A stretch of 64,000 bases of DNA. Origin: Octopus vulgaris. Its lineage: Eukaryota. Below, piece after piece: positions 1 through 12,638 of the stretch (its first letter is position 1; each line of letters begins with the position of its first letter). The notes below the pieces were generated by a model, which was not told the origin of the DNA, did no database searches, and was given only the letters and a program-made list of their open reading frames with translations. The position numbers and the translations under genes are program-made. The stretch is taken from NCBI GenBank assembly GCA_951406725.2, contig OX597820.1:72354001-72418000 (forward strand). Direction: 5' to 3'.

Positions 1-560
1 GGCTGCACCACACTCCAATCTGATCTGGCAAGGTTTCTACAGCTGGATGCCCTTCCTAATGCCAACCACTCCGAGTGTGTAGTGAGTGCTTTTTACATGC
101 TACCTGCATGGGAGCTAGTCAGGTGGCACTGACATCAACCACACTTGAATAGTGTTTTTTACTTGCCACCAGCACTGGCATCGGCCACACTCAAATGGTG
201 CTTTTTATGTGCCACCAGTATAAGTGCCAGTGAAATGGCACCAGCATCAGTCACAACAACAATTTCACTTGACTCAACAAGTCTTCTCAAGTACAACATA
301 TAGCCTGATGATTTAATGGTACTTTTAAAAAGGGCCGGTTATGCGACACTGGCATTGGCCATGACTATGATATCACTTGGATTGCCGGGTCTTCTCATGC
401 ACAGCATATCTCTAAAGGCCTTGGTCACTTGTCATTACCTCTGTGAGGCCCAATGTTTGAAGGTCGTGCTTCACCACCTCATCCCTAGTCTTCCTGGGTC
501 TATCTCTTCCACAGGTTCCCTCCACTGTTAGGGTGTGACACATCTTCACACAGCTGTCCT
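1..560 (-). mobile_element. RTE-clade LINE 3' fragment (ORF2 C-terminus plus 3' UTR), degraded
   Basis: The minus-strand peptide CVKMCHTLTVEGTCGRDRPRKTRDEVVKHDLQTLGLTE matches the C-terminus of the RTE copy at 21994-22440. The ggatgcccttcctaa tail motif is at ~45-60. Confidence 0.8.
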
Positions 561-618
561 CATATATATCTTTATATATATAAAACTGAGAATGTGTGTC
601 TGCCTGTCTGTCTGTGTG

Positions 619-910
619 TTTCCCTAAAACTTGAGAACTACACAACCAATTTCATTCAAATTTTACACATGCCTTACTTAGGGTCCAGGGAGTGTCATCA
701 GCAAAACAAATCTTGAACTTTTTGCCTAGGGTGAGCCCACAGCAATATCATATCTTCTCCACTACGATTCCCTAAAACTTGAGAACTACACAACCAATTC
801 CATTCAAATTTTACACATGCCTTACTTAGGGTCCATGTAGTTTCATGGGCAAAAAAATGTTTAACTTCTTGCCTAGAGCGAGCCCATAGCAATATCATAT
901 CTTCTCCATT
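619..910. repeat. Direct tandem duplication of ~150 bp in the Helitron 5' region
   Basis: The unit ttccctaaaacttgagaactacacaaccaat...agcaatatcatatcttctcca occurs at ~619 and again at ~768. Confidence 0.85.
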
Positions 911-1439
911 ATTTCAGTATTGCGTGTTAAAAGTGAAACAAAAACATTTCTCTATTTTATGTCAGATAATTTCACTTTAACAATAAAAATAATAATAACA
1001 ATTGAATTATATGTAGTAAGTAATAATTAAAATCAAACTAAAGTATAATATAAGCGTAACATAACAAAAGTAAAAATAGCAATTGGTATAAAATTGCATC
1101 AATGATTTGAACTTGGATAAGTGGTTTTACATGAATGGGAATAAATCAAAAGTAAAATTAGCGTGCAGAAATGGAATAGTCCAGATGGATAATAAAAAAT
1201 TAAATTAAAGAAAAGACTATTGTCTATAAAGTATACAATGTAGAGAAAAAAGAAGATTTGAACGAATCGGTCGTGTTTTTTTGCGCTCTGTAAAACTCGG
1301 TTAAAAAAGAAAAAAGAACAAAAAGTATTGTTGTTGTAGAAATTTTGAACGTCGTTGATGCGGTTTCGCGTTACACGGGTTCTACGAGTTACACTTTTTC
1401 TGTTCGGGCGGCCGTTTGCGGTCTGTCAGACAGAAGGAA

Positions 1440-2766
1440 ATGGACTTTGATTCCCTATCAGACTTGTCTACGTCTGAGGAGGAACTGGAACAGGCAGTGA
1501 GAATGATGGATCGAAAGCTAGGTTATACCTATGCCGGTGTAACCAAGAAGGCGGAAGAGAAAGGGGTGGACTTGGCCAAGCTGCCAAGTTACCAGAAATA
1601 TATGAAAAAGGATAGCGGTGAGGTCGAACTAGCACCGACACCCAAGAGAAAAGAATGGTATGATAAAAGGACCATTATATACAGGGTGTTCGCAAACGAA
1701 AGGAAGAAGATAGAAGTTGTAAACATGGAGTGGATAGAGGAGGCGCTGAGAAGAACGGAGGAGGAAATTAATTTTCTGACTCGAGGATCAAAGTATGGTA
1801 CTGTAGTGGTACAGTTTAAAAGTGAGAATGCAGCAAGGAAGATGGCAGCGAAGGCGGTGAAATCCGAGAAGGTAACTCTTTTGCCTACATATCTAAATAG
1901 AAGGATTACACGAGTAAGGGTGGAGGGAGTGCCACCAAACGTTGAGGCAGAGTGGATTGTGGCGGCTGTGATCAGCGGCCACGAGGAGGAAGTGGATATT
2001 CTCCATGCCTCGGTTAAGACCGAGGGCTGGAGAGGTGTAACAGTGGAGCTGAACGTGCAGGCAGAGAACGAGGTACTGGTGGACCTGGCGGAAAGCATCA
2101 GATTGGGAGACGTGATCATGAGAGTGTGGGTGGAGGGCAGAGCTCCACGTTGTTACAAGTGTGGCCTGAGGGATCACATAAGAGCCTTCTGCCCTCCCCC
2201 AGTGAAAGAAATGGATTCCGAACCACAGAGAGAAGCAGAAACCAGAGGAGAAGGAGACAGTAGAAGAGAATTCACAGAAATGGAAGGAAGCTGGGAATAA
2301 GAGGAAGAGAAGAATACGAGGAAAAGAAAATAACATAGAACACCAATCCACCCCAACACCACCCACACCCTCTGAAACCCACCCTATCCCTGCAGACAGT
2401 GAACCCACCCGCTCCCCTCCAACAAGAAAACAAAAGAAAAAAAATAATACAGACAGACAAGAGTTTGAAATCGAACCCAGGCCGAACATTTATATTATGA
2501 CTGAACAGAAAGAAGTGAAAAGGGTAATGGAGGAGTATAAATGGTATGAAATAGGTGAGACCAGATATGCAGTCCTGGAAAAGAAGAATATAGATGAGTT
2601 TGTGTTGAGGTGTGAAAGGGAGAATTGGGAGGTGAAAGATACAAGAATGAGCGATGAATTCGTGGAAAATATGGAGGAGTATTTCGGAGTAAGAATGGAT
2701 ATGGATGGTCTTCGTATTGGGAATGAACATTCAGGTGACAGTGAAAACAAAAGGACAGATAAGTGA
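1440..2766 (+). pseudogene. Tx1/L1-type ORF1 (gag-like, RRM-like repeats plus CCHC zinc knuckle) with one frameshift
   Basis: ORF 1416-2300 (first ATG 1440) contains ITRVRVEGVPP and VEGRAPRCYKCGLRDHIRAFCP (CX2CX4HX4C). Another frame is open from at least 2281 (WKEAGNKRKRR...PTPPTP...IYIMTEQK) to the stop at 2766, so a single frameshift shortly before 2300 joins the two parts. Confidence 0.75.
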
Positions 2767-3896
2767 TGCTGGCGGAGGGGGCCATTAGCATCGCTTTCAT
2801 ACTATCATTTTTCATTTTAATATTCAATTGCTCATAAATTTAATCATATTGTTCTATGTCCCCCATGTTTTGTTATGTCCGCCATTCTTCGTAGCCCCTG
2901 GTGGGTAATAAAGAAATAACATGGAAGAAAGCACCTTCGAAAAGAGTCTTGGTGCGACTATGAAAGGTATCTAATCAGAGGCGGTAAATTCGCCACAATA
3001 GAAGCAAGGTTCGAGTCAACAGAGCGTCCAAGGGAGTACTCAACTCGAACTTGCAAAGTGGAAATATTTTATTTTTACCTTTATATCTGGGACGTAGGAC
3101 GTGCGGGAAAAAAATTTAAAATCCCCCCCCCCGCCCAAGTAGAGGTAGGCTGGATTGTAGCCACACTTCTATACAAGAGGGAGGACAAGATACAATTGAT
3201 TGAAATAACAATTCCAGTCTGTTATATATTTTGAGTATTGTTATCACTAGCGATATCAAGATATAACTTTGTATTTTGTATTTTATGTGTAGATGTATAT
3301 ATATAGATGTACATGTAATATGTACACATATATATACACATATATACATGCACTAGCAATATGACCCGGCAACGACGGGTCTTTAATGCTAGTATATATA
3401 TATATATGCACACCATATATACATACACACACACACACACAATAGCCTTCTTTATAGCTCATATTTATACATATACATATATATATATTATATATATATG
3501 GGGGTTGTTTGTATGTACCCTTGTCCTGTGGTTCAGACATTTTGTTATGATTGTTAATGAGCATCACTGTCATACAAGTGAGGTTGTTTCATGTCCTGTC
3601 TTCTATGAAAAGCATGTCTAGATATGGAGATATAATACTTTGCTTGGAAGCATCTGACCCATGCATGATGATGAAGATGATGATGATGATGAATTAATAC
3701 TTTCTTAGAAGCTATCAAGTGCAGATGCAAAGTAAGATGAAGCAGAAACTACAGTCTGGTATTTTTGATCAAAACATCAGGCTATGAAACAGTGAAGGTC
3801 AGGACTTTTTCTTAAAAATCTCTTTATGCTCTACACAATTGCTAAATAAATCTCTTGTATAGTAACACATGATGCATATTTTATAGTATATGTGTG

Positions 3897-4190
3897 AAGG
3901 CACATGGCTTAGTAGTTAGGCATGTTGCATTCACAACTGTGAAAGTGTGGGTTCAGTTCCCAGACCAGCTGCATGTTGTGCTTTTGAGCAGAACACTTCA
4001 TTTCATGTTGCTCCTCTCAGCTGTCAAAAGGGTAACTCTGACTCTGTGACGGACTTGTCTTTGAATCAGGTGGTACATTGGCTTGATCACCTTACCAATG
4101 AAGTGGCATTCTTCAAAAGCTAAAACAATGCAAAGCACATTGTGACCAGCGATGTATAACAACATCCAACAGTCTCTGGTTGGTTACAAG
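3897..4190 (+). mobile_element. tRNA-derived SINE (family 4), degraded
   Basis: A box-like tggcttagtagttag and B box-like gggttcagttcc. The tail gctaaaacaatgcaaagcacattgtgaccagcgatgtataacaacatc is shared with the minus-strand copy at 32594-32892. Confidence 0.6.
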
Positions 4191-5290
4191 ATATTGTATA
4201 TAATAATGCATGAAGTACAGAGTATCTATAAATTACCTTTACAAATTCAAAAGATGAGAAAAGAATGCAAAATAAAGATAACTCAATAGAGTTTATTAGG
4301 AAAGAAATATGGTTTTATTAAAAGCATCAGAACAGTTCCATGTGGGCACCATTAGTTGCATGCAACACATGGAAGATAATACAATGTAATAAATGGTGGA
4401 AGTTTTAAAGATAATTTACGAACACATTGTATATAGTAACATATGAAGTTTTGTCTCTTGGGATGGGGAAGAGTAAACATCATAACCCATTTGCAGTGAA
4501 TCCCATCATGAAGATTCCATTATACTTTTCATAGTGGAAATATATTGAAACTGAGCTAATGAAAGAAAAGTCTTGAATGGCTTTTCATTCACTGCAGAAC
4601 CTTGATAAACTGAGATTAAGCAGTTTATTTTACTCACAGGGGAAGGAATTTAAATCAACACTGCAAATGAAGAAAGCAGGGTGTTTCTCAATGATATACA
4701 TATTTCTTTCTTTCTATCTATCTGTATGCCTGCCTATTTACCTATCTATCTATCCACCCATCCATCCATCCGTCCGTTAGTCTGTCTGTCTATCTATCTA
4801 TCTATCTACACTGGTACATTCCACGAGTATTCCTTTTTATTATGAGTCGCTATGGCTTCTTTTCCATATTGTGGGTTCTTATGCGTTCCTTCCAAAGTGA
4901 GAGATAGTAATCCAGCTATTCGTCCATGATAAACTACTTTGATGATCAATGTTACTATCAACACGGAGCTTTCTACTGTCATATTCATGCATAGTCTTCT
5001 GCTCATTACAGGCTTATCCTTTCATCTGATGATACGTTGCAGTAGAGTCATGTGAGTTCTTTGGGGTTGTCTTCTAGGTTATCAGACAAAGAGTGTTGCT
5101 CAAGGAGCTGCCTTCTAAGTCTTATGATATTATCAGCCTTGCATGCGTATGTATATATGTATGTATGAAAGCAATGTTCATTTTTAGCAGTTGACCTGAA
5201 AGGAGATAAAGCTATAAATGATAGCAATTCACATTTTGAAAACGAATCGTTTCTAATTCCCTAAGTTTCTAAATTCTTATCATGTAAACA

Positions 5291-5321
<31 letters not shown>

Positions 5322-5452
5322 TGTATCTACATAATCTATATATCTATATCTAAATATATATATATATATCTCATCATCATCATTATGTATATATAAATAT
5401 ATATTACTCAAAGTGTACAGTGTTATATATCTATACCCGTTATAATAATAAT

Positions 5453-5489
<37 letters not shown>

Positions 5490-5554
5490 CTTATCAAAAG
5501 TATCAGAGAAAAGATATGGTGAAGTCCTCATAGTTCCATCAGTAGACTGGCTGC

Positions 5555-6890
5555 ACAGTAAAAATAAGCTGAACATTGATGTATCAAGTACTGATTGATC
5601 TCAGGATCCACCCCTACAAGTTGATCCACCATCATCAGTTCACACAAGTTTATAAGGCCATGGTACTGAAGAGAAGTTGTCTTATTCTGCGTCAGATTGT
5701 TGAAGGCACATTGCCCAACTTGGTGGTCACTGATGAAAAGAACTTTGACATCGAAAAGACAGTAAACTGATTTCGAAAAGACAGTAAACTACCGTCAACG
5801 GTAGATTCATAAATTGACAACAAAATCCACAGTCAGTTATGGTTTGGATGGCTGTGACAACCACTGGAAGGTCTCTCCTTATTTTTGTGCCCATAGGTGT
5901 TAAAATTAACACCCATTGACATTCTAGAAGCTGAACTGCTTCCATGGGTGAATGAGCACTTTCAAGGCACCTCTTGGAGCCTCCAGCAAGACTTGGCACC
6001 ATGTTATAGTTTCAAACAGACACAACATTGATTCAGAAAAAAATTTGTGAAGCGTTCCATATTTTGTTTTATTTCCCTGGGCATGGATACATTGAAACTC
6101 TGACGTCTGGCAGCTGACTTGGCAGACACCCATAAAATTATTAACCATCTTACAAACAATAACTCTGAGCACCTTTTCAAACTCCACCTGTCTAACACCC
6201 GTGGACATGTTTACAAAGTCAGAAAACAGCACAGCTCCCATGACTTTCGTAAACATTTTTTTACGCTAAGAGTTGTTGAAGTATGGAACAAACTGCCAGC
6301 ATCAGTTGTTAGTTGTTGGAGCACTGCATCCTTCAAAACTTCCATGCTTCCTGAGATTCGCCAACACTACACCTGATTTTCTCCCTTCCATACACATGCA
6401 AGCATGTATCTGACTCATACACTGTTCACTTTCCAGACATTTGTACATTACAGCTTATGCTTTATATGCACTTTTGACAAGTTGTGGTGCACCTGAGCAT
6501 TGTATACAATAATTTCATTATTATTCCCTCATTCATAGGCAAGGATGTATGGCCTCCAAGAAGCCCCAATCTCAACTCATTGGATTTTTCTGTTTGGTGC
6601 ATTTTAGAGACAAGAGTCTCAAGCACTCCTCATGCTTTGCTCGACACTCTGAATGCAAAACTGTGCTAAGACTGGACTTCAATCCTGCAAGAACAGTTGC
6701 ATGTTGCATGTGAAGCAGTCACACTTCAGGCTGTGATTTGAAACAGAGATGGTCATATCGAATAAATGTAGTAGTGTCATAATAGTGTTTCCTTTTATCA
6801 TTGCATTGCAATGCTCAGACTTGAAATATAACAATATTTTGCTTTGGCAAAATTGAAAAAAAGTTGGTTGCTTTAATTTTAGAACACCAT
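5555..6890 (+). mobile_element. Tc1/mariner (maT/DD37D-like) transposase pseudogene, split by a CR1 insertion
   Basis: Motifs TDEKNFDIE, SVMVW, GRSxLIFVPIGVKIN, QQDxAP and WPPRSPNLNSLDFSVWCILE. Homologous to 55701-56820. Confidence 0.75.
6047..6524 (+). mobile_element. CR1-clade LINE 3' fragment
   Basis: The peptide TRGHVYKVRKQ..RKHFFTLRVVEVWNKLPASVV...SFK is a typical CR1 ORF2 C-terminus. It has an (att)n tail and interrupts the transposase sequence that is contiguous at ~56650. Confidence 0.8.
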
Positions 6891-7521
6891 GCATGTATGT
6901 ATGTATACTAAAAATTATTTTATTTGCTAAAGAAATCTGAAACCTAGGTATAACTGTAAAAAGGTAAGTTTTTATTTTTCATTCCCTTTGAAAATCGCTC
7001 TTAAACATGGTTTTGGTCATTTTGACTGTTTTTTCTAGCGTGTGAAAATTACCTGTTAAAGGTAGTTTCCTCTTGTGTTTAAATGTACATTATTTATATA
7101 TATATAGTATTTAATCATATCAAAGGGAAATGGAATTTAATTAAAATTAAAACATTCAATCAAAATTTACATTTCCAGTGGTCTAACGTGCAAAAAAAAT
7201 TAGTCAAGAAGACTATATATTAGTCATATGATATAGTGTATATTTAAACACATAAGGAATCCACTTATAGGGAATTCAGCATGCTAGAAAGAACAGCTAG
7301 GTTCTGTAAACCACAAAAATAACAGATAAAATTCAACAGGAATAAATTTGGAAATGAAAAACATTATATATATATGTATGTATGTATATATATAACTATA
7401 TATATATTTATATATATATATATATCACTTTGATCACTTTGACCGACCAGTCCGTCAGGCGTCCATTTGACACCGCTGGTCACAGCACGCTGTGATATAT
7501 ATATATATATATGTATGTATA

Positions 7522-7573
<52 letters not shown>

Positions 7574-8799
7574 CACACACACCCCTATCTATTTATCTGA
7601 GGGTGTGTATGTGTATGTGTGTGCATGCCATAGTGCCACAGGTGTGTGTGTGTGTGTTAACACGGCTGTTTCATTGTCTCATTTTATGTTTGCATGGTTT
7701 GCAAAGCCATGCATGTTTATGCCTTGTTGCTTAGTGATTTGATGAATAACAACCACTAAAATAAGTATCAAATATACACACACATATATATATAAACATA
7801 TATTCATACAAATCTATCTATCTATCTATCTATCTATCTATATATAGATAGATAGATAGATAGATACATACATACATACATACATACATAACTAATACTA
7901 AAGCCCCTTTACAGTTGATGCCCAGCATGGCTGCAGCCAAATGAATGAAAAATGTCAAAGAACTTATATAATGCCTATTGTTAATAAATCTTGATATTTC
8001 AAAATTCTCTACTCTTCTTGGAAGAAGATGACAAAATTGAACACTTAGCTGATATCCAAGGATTCCTTAGATTTGAACAACATTATTATATGCAATAATA
8101 TCTGACAATCATTGCTATATTTTCATTGATGCTTTTAAAGTTGCCAATAACATTTTTTTTCAGTGTATTGATAATTCAGATGTTGTAGGGTTAATAGTTT
8201 ATCAAGGATAATTTTATAGTGCTGTGAGCTCTTTAACAGGTATCCACCCTTTATCGCTGACATGGCTAAGTGCATCATTCCTGCAGCCTTCATATAATGA
8301 TATGCCAGTGAGATAATAATAACTTCCATATGGCATTTAATCCTGAAATTCTACCAAAGATGGTTTAATCATTTCGTAATTATATTTTCCATGAAAGACA
8401 CTGGCTATGTGCTTTTATTAATTTTGAAAATAATAAAGAATTTGCATTTAATAAAATAACTTTTATATTTATTGCTATATTAAGCTGGTGTTTGGGGATA
8501 AGAATTAACAAAAAGTTGTTGCATAAAATTATGAAGTAAGATTTTAATTTAAATATAAGCATCTAAAACCAAGCACTGTTTTATTCTTTTACCTTTTTCA
8601 GTCATCAAACTGCTGTGGCACCGCCTAGAAGAATTTTAGCCAAATGAATCAACACCAGTACTGGCTTTTTTAAATGCCTGTTACTTATTCTAATTGTCCT
8701 TTTGCTGAACTGTTGTGTTATGGGGATTTAAACACACCAACACCAGTTGTCAAGCAGTGGTGGGGGACAAACACACACACACACACACAGATTGTTTAT

Positions 8800-9025
8800 A
8801 AATTATCTTTACAATTCCAATACAATAAATTGTGAAAGTTGTAAAGGTAATTGATGGACACTATATATTATTTTATCTCTTTGTTTCTTTCTGTGTTCCT
8901 TTCCGTGGAAGAGCATAGGCTCGAAATGTTAAAGACTTTTACACTTCCCAAGCATTATACTAATACATCTGTTTATTGTCTACACCACCTGTCTTCGTCT
9001 TTTGTTTTTTTGTGAATTCTCCTCC
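8800..9025 (+). mobile_element. Penelope-like terminal repeat remnant with a degenerate hammerhead motif
   Basis: 8899-8934 reads cttt-CCGTGGAA-gagc atag gctc-GAAA-tgTT-aaag. Stems I and II pair; the core is degenerate. Confidence 0.45.
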
Positions 9026-9051
9026 TATACATATATATATATATATATATA

Positions 9052-9233
9052 CTTTATTTAAAGCAGCAGAAAATTCAACAAAACCTGTTACTCTGGTCCG
9101 ATGAACGGCAACGTGAAACTCAGAGTAACAGGTTTTGTTGAATTTTCTGCTGCTTTAAGTAAAGCATATTACTCTACCACTGGTATTTGAGTACTCTTTT
9201 TTCCACCTTGTTTCACATTTATGTGTTTACTCC

Positions 9234-9235
<2 letters not shown>
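9052..9235 (+). mobile_element. Penelope-like fold-back repeat with a hammerhead-like core, within (TA)n
   Basis: Inverted arms span 9052-9164. The centre is CCGATGA-acg gcaa cgt-GAAA-ctcagag-TA (9098-9127). Same family as 15521-15722. Confidence 0.6.
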
Positions 9236-9293
<58 letters not shown>

Positions 9294-9299
9294 TTTATT

Positions 9300-10560
9300 T
9301 TACTTTATCTCAACAGAAAGCAATACAGTTAATCAAAGTATGCACCTAAATTATCAACACAATTTTGCCATTTTATCAGTAGCTTATTTATGCTGGCAGC
9401 GAAGAATACAGGAGAGCAAGAGGTGATGAAATCACAAGAAGTTGTTTTTGCATCTTCTTTAGATTTGAAATTTTTTCCTTGCAAAAGGTTGTCTAACGCC
9501 TGGAAAATGTGATGGTCAGTTGGTGCACGGTCTAGTGAATATGGTAGATGACAGATTTGTAGCTGGGCAGTTGAACTATTTCACCCCTGCATAACAACAC
9601 ACTGGTACTGTGTTCCTCTGCCTTTTAAAAGCTAGTGGTGGAGGAATACACATGACGTCTTCTGCTAAGCTGAAGTGCGCAAAAACTTAAAAAGCTTTCA
9701 GTAGCTGCCTAGAAGCTGGAAGTTTAACACATGATCATCAGCTGTTCAGTGACTTCGGTCACACGGAATAACACACTGATAGGTTTCTTATACACTCACT
9801 TTGAAACAAAATATTGCATTTTTACTTTCACACAACACATGGATTTTTACTGCTTATTAGTGAGCTAACTCTTTTCTCTGCCAGCATCACTCCAGCAGAT
9901 CACATCCTTATACACAAATTAAAATCATAATTACTTTTGTTTATTTGTTGCGTCATGTTATCCTCCCTTTAAATAAATCTGTGTTCTGTTAAACCCCAGC
10001 CCTGGAAATGCCTTTTGATAATTTTGTTTTCTCACACTGAACAACCTCTCTTATTAAATTGGTGACCTGACTGCTGACCACTCATTCAACTCCACTTCCA
10101 AGTTTAGTTCCTGTAACTTGAGTAGCATTCTTTGTGCAACATGTAGTCAAACATTGTCTTGCAAGAGAATTGACCAGTCCCAGTTGTTTAATTGCAAGTT
10201 CACTCATCATTTCATCCAGTTGATTGATGTATACATCCAGCTGTAATTGACTTACCAGTTCTCATGAAGCTGTAGTGGATGACATCAGTGCTGGACCACT
10301 AAACAGACACCGTTAGCTTGTTTTGGTGAATATTCTGTTTCGGATTGTCTTTTGGAACTTGTCTCTATCCAACCACCATGCAGAATGCTTGCTATTGTTG
10401 AAAAAAATCCATTTTTCATCACATGTAGCAATATGAATAATTTTGAAAAATAACTTTCATTATTCCTCATCAAAACAGACTTCACTTAGAGTAACCACCT
10501 GGTCTTGCCATTTTCACAGACCAAGAATCAACTTGTCATCTTCTATTGAAAGAACTGATC
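9300..10560 (-). mobile_element. mariner-type transposase pseudogene, fragmented
   Basis: Minus-strand motifs DEKWIFFNN (~10400), DNxxLHVAQRMLLKLQELNLEV (~10120) and HLPYSLDRAPTDHHIFQALDNLLQGKNF (~9500; YSPDL-like). Confidence 0.7.
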
Positions 10561-10576
10561 AACTATATAGATATAA

Positions 10577-10806
10577 AGGCGGCGAGCTGGCAGAAACGTT
10601 AGCACGCCGGGCGAAATGCTTTGTGGTATTTCGTCTGTCGTTACGTTCTGAGTTCAAATTCCGCCGAGGTCGACTTTGCCTTTCATCCTTCCGGGGTCGA
10701 TAAATAAAGTACCAGTTTCGCACTGGGGTCGATGTAATCGGCTTAATCCGTTTGTCTATCCTTGTTTGTCCCCTCTATGTTTAGCCCCTTGTGGGTAATA
10801 GAGAAA
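10577..10806 (+). mobile_element. tRNA-derived SINE family 3 (Meta-like central domain), young copy
   Basis: Head ggcggcgagctggcagaa, B box gagttcaaattcc, central gtcgactttgcctttcatccttccggggtcgataaa, tail agccccttgtgggtaatagagaaata. Further copies lie at 14572, 41365, 44128, 50373, 50750, 52528, 52748, 59088 and 59728. Confidence 0.8.
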
Positions 10807-11534
10807 TATATATAGATATAAACACATTTTTTCTTCTTTCTTTCTTCCTCCCTTTCTTTCCTTCTATTTTCCATTGACATCAAGAAAAAAAAAACATTTT
10901 TTCCCTTTGAAATCATTTTTCTTTCAGACCCCTGGTGAGCTGCCTGAACCAAAGTAAGAATCTGTTCCAGCCACCTGCTTAAAAATATTCTTTTTCTTTA
11001 TAGCCTGTTCAAAACACTTCCTTTCAGGCACACACATACACACACACACTCTCTTTCTCTCACTTTTTCCCTCCACTATCTCTCCCTTCCTCTCCCTCTT
11101 TTCCTACCTTTTACACTCCACATAACTCTTCTTTTTCCCCTCTCTCTCCACCCCAATCCATTTACTAATACTATAAAAAGAGACAAATCCCTTCACAAAA
11201 TTTAAATCTGGAGAATCTATTAGAGTAGATGAAAATATGATTTGTAAAAACATGACATGTTAATAAATATTTGTATATGTACAACCAACCAGATCTCTGA
11301 ATACCTTATTTTTTCTAATATATAATATCTATACATCACCTCCAAACCTTACACTAACGTGCTTTGCTTTCCTTTTCTTTCTCCACGAAATTTAATCCTT
11401 TAATTCTTTAAACCCCTCCGGTATAAAAGTTAATTTCGTTCGTTTCTCTATGCTACCCTAAAACATTGCCATTTCCGCCATTCGTTCGTTTCTTTAAGGT
11501 ACCTTCAATCCTTTAATTCGATCTTCGCCATTCG

Positions 11535-12296
11535 CAGTGCGCCCACCCTTTCCCACCCCCACCACCAATACCGGTGAATACTGTTCACACCATCTACACC
11601 GGATATGCCCTCCCCCCCCCACCATTTCGTGTGTCTCTCCCTCCTACCCCTCCTCCTCACATGCTTTCACTGTGTATTACCCCTCCCCCCCACCAAGACA
11701 AGCAGCTAGCGCCGCAGCTCATCAACCGCCCCACTTATCTTACGTTTCCTCCTGTTTTGAATCTGTCACTGCCTCAACCGGCTATCTCCTTCCAGTCCCC
11801 TCCCCCACTCGTGATGTCCTACGTTTTATTTCCTACGAACCTGCATCAACCCTACCTGTCATCGTTCCTCCTTACCCCAACCCTCCCCACTGGTGCTTCC
11901 CTATATTACCTGCATCCCCAAAAAGCACCATCCGAACGTGGCCGATGCCAGCGTCGCCCCGACTGGCCCCTGTGCCGGTGGCACATAAAAAAAAACAAAA
12001 AAACATCTGAACGTTGCCAGCACCGCCTTGGCTGGCTTCTGTGCCGCTGGCACGTTAAAAGCTCGAACCGATCATGACCGATGCCGGACACCCCCTGGCA
12101 CCTGTGCAGGTGGCACGTAAAAAGCACCCACTACACTCGCGGAGTGGTTGGCGTTAGGAAGGGCATCCAGCCGTAGAAACTCTGCCAGATCAGACTGGGG
12201 CCTGGAGCAGCCCCTGGCTTCCCAGACCCCGGTCAAACCGTCCAACCCGTGCTAGCGCGCAAAACGGACGTTAAACGATGATGATGATGATGATGA
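11535..12296 (+). mobile_element. RTE-tailed non-coding element (pyrimidine-rich 3' UTR), young
   Basis: Ends in ggcgttaggaagggcatccagc...aaacggacgttaaac(gat)n. The body is homologous to 61422-62292 on the minus strand. Confidence 0.7.
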
Positions 12297-12299
12297 TAT

Positions 12300-12485
12300 A
12301 TCATCATTGTTTAATGTCCGTTTTCCATGCTGGCCTGGGTTGGACACTTTGACTGGGGACTGACAAGCCAGGAGGCCGCACTGGGCTCCAATCTGATCTG
12401 GCAATCTTTCTACAGCTGGATGCCCTTCCTAACGCCAACCACTCCAAGAGTGTAGTGGGTGCTTTTTGTGCAACTGGCATCAGCC
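12300..12485 (-). mobile_element. RTE tail fragment, tail-to-tail with the previous copy
   Basis: (cat)n-gtttaatgtccgttttccatgc...ggatgcccttcctaacgcc. Confidence 0.75.
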
Positions 12486-12606
12486 ACACACACACACATA
12501 CATATATGAATACATATATATGTGAATATATATATATATATGCATATATATATGTGTGTGTGTATGTGTATTTATATATATATATATGTGCGTGTGTGTG
12601 TGTGTA

Positions 12607-12638
<32 letters not shown>

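Larger units (their letters stand above)
569..3392 (+). mobile_element. Non-autonomous Helitron-like element (termini) enclosing a retroelement-derived ORF
   Basis: The 5' end is A|TCTTTATATATATAAAA at 568/569, followed by (CTGT)n and accaatttcattcaaatttt. The 3' end has a hairpin gacccg-gcaacga-cgggtc (3363-3381) and then CTAG|T (3389-3393). There is no TSD and the insertion lies between A and T, as expected for Helitrons. Confidence 0.6.

Noticed and set aside
1589-2827. Antisense ORFs over the ORF1 element and over the LINE ORF2s
   Set aside because: Shadow frames of genuine coding sequence, with no motifs of their own.
8135-8400. Coding-looking minus-strand stretch (MPYGSYYYLTGISLYEGCRND...)
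   Set aside because: Short, bounded by stops, and with no recognisable domain or clear splice sites.
10577-10670. tRNA-like heads as real tRNA genes
   Set aside because: A and B boxes are present but there is no full cloverleaf, and they are always fused to SINE bodies.
11537-12077. Pro-rich ORFs here and at 61667-62293
   Set aside because: C-rich repeat UTR; indels between the two copies do not preserve a consistent frame.
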